A DNA stretch of 64,000 bases. It comes from a virus. Taxonomy: Duplodnaviria; Heunggongvirae; Uroviricota; Caudoviricetes. The notes beneath the pieces are model-generated. The model saw nothing but the letters and a program-made list of their open reading frames with translations. It was not told the origin of the DNA and did not search any database. Positions 29,478-36,837 of the stretch are shown here, in pieces. The position numbers and the translations under genes were made by a program. Where the stretch lies: the IMG/VR virus record IMGVR_UViG_3300033463_000007, positions 95,865-159,864 of that record; one strand, given 5' to 3'. Every line of letters starts with the position of its first letter. Positions within the stretch are counted from its first letter, which is position 1.

Positions 29478-30791
29478 ATGATAAAATTTTTAAGACATTT
29501 TTTTGCGTCTGATGTTGTAAAGGCTTTTTTATGTGCAATATTTTTGATTTTAGTTTTATCTTTGTGTATTATTATCTCTTTAAAATATACTAGACCCGCT
29601 AAAGTCTCAGATGAGACAAAAGTAATTGTCTTAGAAACAATACCAGCAACAGCTGTTATTCTAGAAACTCCAGAAGCTGAAGTAGCCACTACAGAAATAA
29701 TTACTGAAGAACCTACAGTTGTTATAGAATCTGATACAGAGTTTGAAATGGCCACAACTTTTGAAGCAGCACCATCAGAAAAAACACCAGAAGAAGTTTC
29801 TACAGAAATTTCCAGATATACTTTTGAAGATGAGAGTATTATGCTTGCAAAGCTCCTTTATAAAGAGGCTGGGATTGTAGAAAGCCAGACAGAGCAGGCA
29901 AATGTTATATGGACTGTGCTTAATCGTGTAGATTCCACAATAGCATATTTTCCAGATACTATTCAAGAAGTTATTACTAAACCTAATCAATTTGCCTGGA
30001 ATCCTGATGCTCCTACTATAGATTATTTCGGGAGAGACCTCATAGAATTTTGTCATAGAATTCTTATGTTTTGGGCATATGGTGAAGATAATGGTATTTT
30101 TAGAACACTACCAGAAGATTATTATTGGTTTAAAGGTGATGGTAAACATAATCATTTTACCAATAGTTATATTCAATTTAAAATGTGGTCAAGAACTGAT
30201 TTTGAAGGTGCTTATGATTATAGTCTTGGTTATCTTGAGGAAGATTGTACTATTAAAAAAGAACCCGAATGGCTACCTTATTTAGCTACTTCATATAGCG
30301 CTCCAGCAGGATCTGTAGGAAATCGTGGTGAGGAACTTTCCACAAGAAATGCTATAGCTATGTGGCAAAGTGATACAAATTATAAAACCTATAAATCTAT
30401 GATAGAGCCCTTTAAAACGTTTCTAACTACTCCAGGGAATGCTGAAAAATACGGTGCATTGCCTTATGGTACTAGGGTAGAAATAAGAATGTGGAATCCC
30501 CAAATATCAGATTATACTTATTTTGGAATTTTTGAAGTCCTGGATGATTCACCAACAACTATATATAATTTAAGTGAAGTTGCAGTTAACCTAACTGGTG
30601 AAACAACCACTTTTAAATTTACTTATAATTGGACTAATACTGATTATAGAGGTAATAAAACACATGGCGGCAAACAGGTAGGTTGGATTCCTAATTGGAA
30701 AGTAGAGTATAATAATAATATAAAAGGTTGGCTTGATATTGCTAATATACATATTGGTATGGCAATTGTTGAAATTAGAATTGCGGAGTAA
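29478..30791 (+). CDS. membrane-anchored cell-wall hydrolase: SleB/Hydrolase_2-like domain plus 3D-like domain
   Basis: N-terminal TM helix; E/T-rich linker; LAKLLYKEAG...VLNRVD...EVITKPNQF; ATSYSA...LPYGTRVEI...EVLDD. Confidence 0.7.
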   Translation: MIKFLRHFFASDVVKAFLCAIFLILVLSLCIIISLKYTRPAKVSDETKVIVLETIPATAVILETPEAEVATTEIITEEPTVVIESDTEFEMATTFEAAPSEKTPEEVSTEISRYTFEDESIMLAKLLYKEAGIVESQTEQANVIWTVLNRVDSTIAYFPDTIQEVITKPNQFAWNPDAPTIDYFGRDLIEFCHRILMFWAYGEDNGIFRTLPEDYYWFKGDGKHNHFTNSYIQFKMWSRTDFEGAYDYSLGYLEEDCTIKKEPEWLPYLATSYSAPAGSVGNRGEELSTRNAIAMWQSDTNYKTYKSMIEPFKTFLTTPGNAEKYGALPYGTRVEIRMWNPQISDYTYFGIFEVLDDSPTTIYNLSEVAVNLTGETTTFKFTYNWTNTDYRGNKTHGGKQVGWIPNWKVEYNNNIKGWLDIANIHIGMAIVEIRIAE

Positions 30792-30794
30792 ATT

Positions 30795-31007
30795 ATGGAT
30801 AAAACAATATATGTAGAATATTTAGGTAATATTTATGAAGTTGCTGAGGAGTTAGATAATCATCTTATTTTGTATGCAACAAATGATGGACGTGAAATTA
30901 TTATTAATAAAGATAAAGATGAATTTTACTATTTAACTGATGATGATATAAGTAGAAGTACCGATTTTTATGAGGATCTGCTTATGGAGCAGCAGGAACA
31001 AATGTAA
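30795..31007 (+). CDS. small acidic hypothetical protein
   Basis: ORF track. Confidence 0.65.
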   Translation: MDKTIYVEYLGNIYEVAEELDNHLILYATNDGREIIINKDKDEFYYLTDDDISRSTDFYEDLLMEQQEQM

Positions 31008-31061
31008 AAATTTAAAAAATATTTACTAAATTTTAATATTTTACTGTATAATATATTAAAG

Positions 31062-31280
31062 GTGGTGATAAGCATGACAATTAAGGATAATATTGTATAT
31101 TTGACAGAAGCAGAATTAGATCTTGTAAAACAGGCAAGAGCTGCAAATTGGGCTGCGCCAGAAATTTATTTGAAGGAATGGCTTTCTAGGGGTAAACCAT
31201 TAACAGAAAGTTTAGATATTTCATTTTATAAAAATGTAGCTAGGCTTGTTAGTAATAATAATTATAAAATTATAGAATAG
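31062..31280 (+). CDS. small hypothetical protein
   Basis: ORF track; follows TGTATAAT at 31045. Confidence 0.6.
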   Translation: MVISMTIKDNIVYLTEAELDLVKQARAANWAAPEIYLKEWLSRGKPLTESLDISFYKNVARLVSNNNYKIIE

Positions 31281-31290
31281 GAAAAAGTAT

Positions 31291-31572
31291 ATGTTTGGAA
31301 GAACAAAGTTAAAGAAACAAATTGAAGAACTTATGACAGAAGTACAAGAGCTTAAGAATAAAAATAAGCAGTTATTTACAGATTGTGAAGCTCTTGGCAG
31401 AGAGGTAGCTGGCTTGCGTGCTATGGTTAAAGGACTATCAGCAAGGGTTGATAACTTGAGTAATCCAGCTATAGATTCTGAAATTCCAGTTACAAATGTT
31501 GGACAGACAAAGGCCACAGTATCTGCAAAATCAACAAAAGCTGAAACAAAAAAGAAATCTAACAAGAGATAG
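31291..31572 (+). CDS. coiled-coil hypothetical protein
   Basis: ORF track. Confidence 0.65.
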   Translation: MFGRTKLKKQIEELMTEVQELKNKNKQLFTDCEALGREVAGLRAMVKGLSARVDNLSNPAIDSEIPVTNVGQTKATVSAKSTKAETKKKSNKR

Positions 31573-31713
31573 ATGAGTAAAACAATTAAGCGGGATAAGA
31601 GGGATCAAAATGAGTTTTTTGAATACTCAAAAGATCAGTATGAATTTTTAAATAGAAAAAAGCAAAAAGAAAAAGCCCGTAGACAAAAGAAAAATAAAAA
31701 ATTTGATAGATAA
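31573..31713 (+). CDS. possible 46-aa basic protein
   Basis: ATG abuts the previous stop; K/R-rich; TAA stop. Confidence 0.4.
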   Translation: MSKTIKRDKRDQNEFFEYSKDQYEFLNRKKQKEKARRQKKNKKFDR

Positions 31714-31890
31714 TCTATTAAATTTTGGTATTCTTTACCGTATAATATAAATGCGCAGTCAATGATGAAAGCACTTAACCTATGTCATCCGTGTAAAATT
31801 TGGTAATCTTAACTACGATAGTGTGAGTACCTGGATAATCTGTTAAAGTTTCTCTACATCAGATAATTTCGCCAAGAAGAAACTTAATAT

Positions 31891-31912
31891 GCTACCCTGG
31901 CGGAATAGGCAA
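31891..31912 (+). tRNA. 5' fragment of a split long-arm tRNA-Leu
   Basis: GCTACCC-TG-GCGGAATAGGCA; the acceptor strand is complementary to GGGTAGC at 33289-33295. Confidence 0.7.
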
Positions 31913-31961
31913 GCCAATTTTAGCATAGTGATACAAATTATTGGCTAAATTAAATAGGTTT

Positions 31962-32038
31962 GGCGCGGTAGCCCAACTGGCCGAGGCAGTGGACTTAAAA
32001 TCCACACAGTGCGGGTTCGAATCCCGCCCGCGCTACCA
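31962..32038 (+). tRNA. trnL: tRNA-Leu(UAA), short variable loop
   Basis: GGCGCGG/CCGCGCT; GTGGA-CTTAAAA-TCCAC; GCGGG-TTCGAAT-CCCGC; A73 and CCA. Confidence 0.9.
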
Positions 32039-32060
32039 ATAATTTAGAAAGTAAATTATA

Positions 32061-32855
32061 ATGTATACTAATCATCATAAACAAATTTGTAAATATTGTG
32101 GGAGACAAATTGATGTAGCTTGTATTAAAAGACACGAAGCAGCTCATGAAAATCCAAATTCTAAAAAATACAATAATACAGAAATTCATTTAGATCACGA
32201 TGATTTATTCTGTAAGTATTGCGGAAAAGAGTGTAAAAATAAAAATTCTCTTGCACAACACGAAATAAGATGTTCACAAAATCCAGCCCGTAAAGATTTT
32301 AATAATTTAGGTAATTATAGTACTTTAGTTAGAAAAGGAAAGACGGCTGAAAATTTTGAAGAAATAGCACGAGCAGCAGAAACACTTAGTACTAGATATA
32401 AAAATAATGAGTTAATTTCTTCATTTAAGGGAAATAATTTTTGAGTAGGTAGGCACCACTCCGAAGAAACTAAAGAGAAGCAAAGATTAAAACTTTTAGA
32501 ATATATTAAAAATTTAAAAGGTGAAATACAAGTTCATTATAGTTTAGAGGGTTGTAAATATATTGATAATTTAAATAAGAAATATAATTGACAGTTACAG
32601 CATGCAGAAAATGGTGGCGAATATTGTGTTGGTGGATATTTCTTAGATGGTTATGATAAAGAATTAAATATTGCTTTTGAATATGATGAGCCAAGACACT
32701 ATATAGATGTTTATAATAATGTTTTATGTGATCGTGATATACAAAGAATGCAATTTATTATAAATAAGTTATCTTGTAGATTTATTAGATATAACCAAAA
32801 ATTAAATTTATTATATGAGATTGATTCAAATTTAAATATAGTAAATTTAGAATAA
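32061..32855 (+). CDS. homing endonuclease: zinc fingers + NUMOD3 + Vsr/EDxHD-like nuclease (264 aa, two TGA-Trp)
   Basis: CKYC...H zinc-finger-like motifs; RHHSEETKEKQR (NUMOD3); LDGYDKELNIAFEYDEPRHY; TGA at 32442 and ~32588; TAA 32853-32855. Confidence 0.8.
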
Positions 32856-32900
32856 AAATTTAAGGTTAAAGGTAATCCTTAAATAATAAAACCTTTTATA

Positions 32901-33246
32901 TAGGGGCTGATTGAAAAATCTGGGTCCCACCTTAAGGGTGCTATGACAGACCGGTAAAGGAAACCTTTGATATGGTGCGGGTTAGTAAAACGCTGTAGTT
33001 AAATGGAGTTTGAGGAACAGCCTATTATTCATAAATGTGTAGAGACTATATACCAACCACCTAAAGAGTAATCCATGGTGAAAACATAGTCCAGACTACA
33101 ACATCATAATGAGTGGCGGAATAGGTAGACGCGAAGTGTCGGCGTGGTGAGCGTGATAGCAATCCGAACCAGAATTAAATCATCGCCACATATAAGGTGC
33201 AAATCCTTATCTCATTATGATGGCTATGGTAACATAGAGTAGTAAG
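32901..33246 (+). mobile_element. group I intron catalytic core and 3' end (tRNA-Leu UAA, 34/35 position)
   Basis: P3 GGTTAGTA(32980)/TACCAACC(33051); P4 GCTGT/ACAGC; P7 GACTA(33044)/TAGTC(33087); candidate IGS GGGTCC(32922); terminal G 33246 precedes AAAATCCGC. Confidence 0.75.
33107..33217 (+). ncRNA. tRNA-like element embedded in intron P9
   Basis: TAATGAG/CTCATTA acceptor-like stem; GGCGGAATAGGTAGACGC D-arm; ATAAGG-TGCAAAT-CCTTAT T-arm; oversized anticodon arm; no CCA. Confidence 0.65.
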
Positions 33247-33299
33247 AAAATCCGCTGACCGCTAAGGTCGTATGGGTTCAAGTCCCATGGGTAGCACCA
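33247..33299 (+). tRNA. 3' exon of the split long-arm tRNA-Leu(UAA)
   Basis: AAAA-TCCGC-TG-ACC-GCTAA-GGT-CGT-ATGGG-TTCAAGT-CCCAT-GGGTAGC-A-CCA. Confidence 0.8.
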
Positions 33300-33379
33300 G
33301 AGACTGGGTAGCGCCCAGATGAACTGAGAGTTATCTCCCGACACCTCAGAGAGATTGACAAAATAATAGGGACCAATCT

Positions 33380-33454
33380 TGGGGTGTAGCCAAGTGGTAA
33401 GGCACAAGACTTTGACTCTTGCACTCGTTGGTTCAAATCCAGCCACCCCAGCCA
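33380..33454 (+). tRNA. trnQ: tRNA-Gln(UUG)
   Basis: TGGGGTG/CACCCCA; CAAGA-CTTTGAC-TCTTG; TTCAAAT; CCA. Confidence 0.93.
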
Positions 33455-33582
33455 GGAAGTTGGGAAGCTTAATTTCAAGTAGCACGTGATACGGAAATTC
33501 GGCAAAACAGATATGCATAAATACCAAATAAGGCACTTCCACCAATATTCCTCCTTAGCTCAACGGCAGAGCATTCGGCTGT

Positions 33583-34181
33583 AAAAAGTTAGCAGCCTTA
33601 CTTAGAAATAAGTAAGTGAAAATCTCGCTAAGTCGGTGAAACTTCTTATAGAGCAACGCCGAGCAAGAAAGAGTTTTTTAGAATGAATAGTAAAAATATT
33701 GGAAATATCGGAGAAGCTAAGGCACTAGCTAAATTTGTTGAATTGGGAATTCCTGTATATATTCCTTTTGGAGACAACGAAAAAGCTGATTTAATAGCAG
33801 AATTTAATGGAAAATTAAATAAGATTCAAGTAAAAACTTCTTGTAAGGCTAAAAATGGAGTTATGATTTTTGATTTAACTTCTTCAACTTTACATAGAAA
33901 ACATGGAATAAAACATATTTATACAACAAATGAAATAGATTATTTTGTTTGTTATAATATAGAACGAGATAAATTATTTTTAATTCCTATTGAAGCTGCT
34001 ACTAAAAGTGCTATCGCAATAAGATATTTACCAGCACAAAATGGTCAAAAAACAAAAATACATTTTGAAGCAGATTATTTATTTGAAGCTCTTTTATGTG
34101 TAGAGACTTTACACGAGATACCTAAGGATTAAATAATCTATGGTAAAGACAAAGTCCAAGCTATTCAGTTGAATAGTAAAG
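33583..34181 (+). mobile_element. group I intron (anticodon position 35/36)
   Basis: 5' exon ends in U and the intron ends in G; P3 ATCTCG/CGAGAT; P7 GACTTT/AAAGTC. Confidence 0.85.
33683..34132 (+). CDS. intron-encoded PD-(D/E)XK homing endonuclease (I-Ssp6803I-like)
   Basis: GNIGEAKA...IPFGDNEKADLI...KIQVKTS...YTTNEIDYF; the 3' end overlaps the intron P7/P3' core. Confidence 0.85.
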   Translation: MNSKNIGNIGEAKALAKFVELGIPVYIPFGDNEKADLIAEFNGKLNKIQVKTSCKAKNGVMIFDLTSSTLHRKHGIKHIYTTNEIDYFVCYNIERDKLFLIPIEAATKSAIAIRYLPAQNGQKTKIHFEADYLFEALLCVETLHEIPKD

Positions 34182-34226
34182 TAACCGAAGGGTTGTTGGT
34201 TCGAAACCAACAGGGGGAGCCAGAAC

Positions 34227-34729
34227 TTTTGCACTGCAGTAGTTGCTCGAAATAAAATAAACTGCATACTCCAGAAGAACTAGCATAGGGACCCGTTACC
34301 GAAGATTGCTTAGAGGGGGCAAATTATTGTAATAAATAATTTGGGATGGAAGAACGGATTATTAATATTTGTAGTAACAACTTTTATTAATAAGAATTAA
34401 TTTAATAATAGATCAAAAATTTCGAAATAAATCCTTTAGTACATAACCTATGTTACGGGTGCGAAATTGAAATGGAATAAGGTAGAAATATTTTTTAGCC
34501 AACTTTATTTTGAGACGAGGGTTGGAAAGCGAGATTTTTTCTGAGGCAAAGTATTCCATTGTGCTTTAAGAATACTTTTATTGATGAGGAGGAAAGTGTT
34601 TCTTAGGAAGCTTACAAGAGTGCACACTGTTGGTAAAAGCAGACAGAAATATAAGTAAGAGAAAAACTGAGGCGCGGTATAGTACATAATATTTGGGATT
34701 ATAAGTTAGTTATTATAAAGTGCTAAAAA
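34227..34729 (+). ncRNA. candidate ~500-nt structured ncRNA
   Basis: No + strand ORF; termini can pair (TTTTGCACT / AGTGC-T-AAAA); several internal hairpins; lies between tRNA-Asn and the tRNA-Met promoter. Confidence 0.4.
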
Positions 34730-34781
34730 ATATTTCTTTTCTTATTAAAAAATAATTTTTTTATTGTATAATATAATGTAT

Positions 34782-34858
34782 GGCGGTTGGGTGAAACGGT
34801 TTCCACGCTTGGCTCATAACCAAGAGACAATCAGTTCGACTCTGAATAACCGCAACCA
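34782..34858 (+). tRNA. tRNA with CAU anticodon (Met/fMet; G1:A72 mismatch)
   Basis: CTTGG-CTCATAA-CCAAG; TTCGACT T-loop; CCA; own TTGTATAAT promoter at 34764. Confidence 0.8.
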
Positions 34859-34860
34859 TA

Positions 34861-35080
34861 AAAGTGCTTACTGCAATTATTATTATGATAATCAGCAAGA
34901 TATAATTAAAAGCACTTTGTTAATAATGTTTAAGGCGCTTTACAGCAATTTTTATTTTTCTTTTCTGGGATGATTTATTAAAGATTTTTTTACAAGCGCC
35001 TTGTTTTTATCTAAAAGTAAAAGATGCATACAGCAATAATTTAATGGATCAAATTTGTAAGTTGACAACCTTGCATCTTG
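34861..35080 (+). repeat. three hairpin units with a conserved ACWGCAA motif
   Basis: 34861-34919 (AAAGTGCT/AGCACTTT), 34932-35003 (AAGGCGCT/AGCGCCTT), 35021-35080 (AAGATGCA/TGCATCTT). Confidence 0.8.
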
Positions 35081-35105
35081 TAAAAATATTGAAAGGATAG
35101 ACATT

Positions 35106-36662
35106 ATGGCTAATTTTATCAACAATCTTAAAGCAGAAACTAATTATACGGAAACAGAGAACGGTGCCGTTGCCCTTAGCTCAACTCTTAATAGTTGTCT
35201 TGATGCTTTTGGTTCACTTGGAGCTATGAGAGATTCTGAAGAAGAGCGTATTATTAAGATTTTTAGTCTTGCTTTTGCAGAAAATAGAGAGACTACCATG
35301 CGTATGCTTTTCTATATGCGTGATATCCGTGGCGGACAGGGCATGAGAAGGGTATTTAGGGTTATTGTTAAGTGGCTTGCCGAGAATAAGCCTGAATATG
35401 TTATTAATAATCTTGATAACTTCCTTGAATACGGTAGGGCTGATGATATGATTTGTCTGCTTGATACTTCTATTAAGGAAGCTATAGCTAATTGGATTCT
35501 TAATCAGCTTAATAAGGATTATGATGCTTATTTAGCTAATGAACCTATTTCTCTTCTTGCAAAATGGCTTCCTTCAGAAAATGCATCTTCAGCTACTACT
35601 AAGAGATATGCAAGAACTCTTTGCAAGCTTATTGGCTATAAGTATTCTATTTATAGACAGATTTTATCAACACTTAGAGCTTATAGTAATGTAGTAGAGT
35701 GTAAGATGTCCGCTAATAACTGGACCGAGATTAAATATGATCAGGTACCGGCTAGAGCTGCTATGATTTATAGTGATGCTTTTTATAAACATGATGAGGA
35801 AGGCTATACTAATTATATTACTGATGTAGCGACTGGTAATGCTAAAGTTAATGCAGCGTCTCTTTTCCCAGTTGATATTGTAAATAAAGCAAAAGCATAC
35901 CATGTATCTCATAAAGATATTATTCTTCTTGATGCTATGTGGAAATCACTTCCTAATTATGTAGCAGATCAGGAGGAAACTGGTATTTGTGTTGTTGATG
36001 TCTCTGGATCTATGACAGGTACTCCTATGGATGTAGCTATTTCTCTTGGTGCATATTTGGCAGATAAGTGCAGAGGGCCTTTCCAGAATCATTTTATTAC
36101 TTTTTCTAGTCATCCAAAACTTGTTGAATTTAAGGGTGCTAATATTGTAGATAAGGTTCACAATTGTATGTCTGCAGATTGGGGTATGAACACTAATCTT
36201 GAAGCTGTATTTGATCTTATTTTAAATACTGCTGTTAATAATAGTACTCCTGCTGAAGATATGCCTAAAAAGCTTTATATCATTAGTGATATGCAGTTTG
36301 ATGATGCAGCAGGCGATTATGTTTGGGATGGTCATCCTCGAAAGAAATCTTTTATGCAGCAGATGAAAGAAAAGTATATTGAGGCTGGTTATGATATGCC
36401 TACTATTGTATATTGGAATGTAAGAGCTTCTGAGTGTGGAATGTTCCAAGATACTTTTGAAGGCGAAAACTGTTGTATGGTTTCTGGATATTCACCTAGT
36501 CTCTTTAAGTCAATTATTGAGGGTACCACTTATGAGGAAGAACAGGTAAAAGATGCAACTACGGGTGAACTTAAAACTACAATTAAGGCAACAGTAAATC
36601 CTCTTGATGTTATGAGAGCCGCACTTTATAATACACGGTATGATGCCGTTTGGTGTGGTTAG
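35106..36662 (+). CDS. DUF2828-family protein (TROVE/Ro60-like N-terminus plus vWA domain)
   Basis: TETENGAVA...LDAF...RDIRGGQGMRRVF...GRADD...AKWLPSE...VVDVSGSM...IISDMQFD...YWNV. Confidence 0.8.
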   Translation: MANFINNLKAETNYTETENGAVALSSTLNSCLDAFGSLGAMRDSEEERIIKIFSLAFAENRETTMRMLFYMRDIRGGQGMRRVFRVIVKWLAENKPEYVINNLDNFLEYGRADDMICLLDTSIKEAIANWILNQLNKDYDAYLANEPISLLAKWLPSENASSATTKRYARTLCKLIGYKYSIYRQILSTLRAYSNVVECKMSANNWTEIKYDQVPARAAMIYSDAFYKHDEEGYTNYITDVATGNAKVNAASLFPVDIVNKAKAYHVSHKDIILLDAMWKSLPNYVADQEETGICVVDVSGSMTGTPMDVAISLGAYLADKCRGPFQNHFITFSSHPKLVEFKGANIVDKVHNCMSADWGMNTNLEAVFDLILNTAVNNSTPAEDMPKKLYIISDMQFDDAAGDYVWDGHPRKKSFMQQMKEKYIEAGYDMPTIVYWNVRASECGMFQDTFEGENCCMVSGYSPSLFKSIIEGTTYEEEQVKDATTGELKTTIKATVNPLDVMRAALYNTRYDAVWCG

Positions 36663-36675
36663 GTAATATAAATTA

Positions 36676-36748
36676 AAGGCACGGACAGCAATTTTTATTC
36701 TTATAAATTTAAAAATATGATCTTGAAAATCTTTTAAACAGTGCCTTG
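36676..36748 (+). repeat. fourth ACAGCAA hairpin unit
   Basis: AAGGCAC-GG-ACAGCAA...GTGCCTT-G, just downstream of the DUF2828 gene. Confidence 0.8.
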
Positions 36749-36758
36749 TAAATATTTT

Positions 36759-36786
36759 AAAAAGAGTCAATTTTTGACTCTTTTTT
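36759..36786 (+). terminator. Rho-independent terminator
   Basis: AAAAAGAGTCAA / TTGACTCTTTTT. Confidence 0.85.
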
Positions 36787-36837
36787 CTTTTTAAAATTGT
36801 ATAATATATTGAAAAATATAAAAAATATAGGTGTATT

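Larger units (their letters stand above)
33549..34222 (+). tRNA. trnN: tRNA-Asn(GUU) interrupted by a group I intron (exons 33549-33582 and 34182-34222)
   Basis: The joined exons give TCCTCCT/AGGGGGA, TCGG-CTGT^TAA-CCGA, GTTGG-TTCGAAA-CCAAC and G73-CCA. Confidence 0.9.

Noticed and set aside
32903-32912. tmRNA 5' end (GGGGCTGATT)
   Set aside because: Not followed by the tmRNA GGATTCGAC motif, no matching 3' tRNA-like domain or tag ORF, and it lies within the group I intron P1/P2 region.
32975-32979. Group II intron start GTGCG
   Set aside because: No domain V/VI or reverse transcriptase, and the adjacent bases form group I P3.
33300-33380. HDV-like theta ribozyme after the tRNA 3' ends
   Set aside because: I could not build the nested double pseudoknot by eye after any tRNA here; a motif search is needed to exclude it fully.
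34589-34597. RNase P RNA (GAGGAAAGT)
   Set aside because: The conserved continuation CC and the complementary P4 3' strand are absent.
3265-34858. A UCA-anticodon suppressor tRNA-Trp
   Set aside because: The anticodons found are UUU, UAG (uncertain), UAA, UUG, GUU and CAU. None is UCA; it may lie outside the window.
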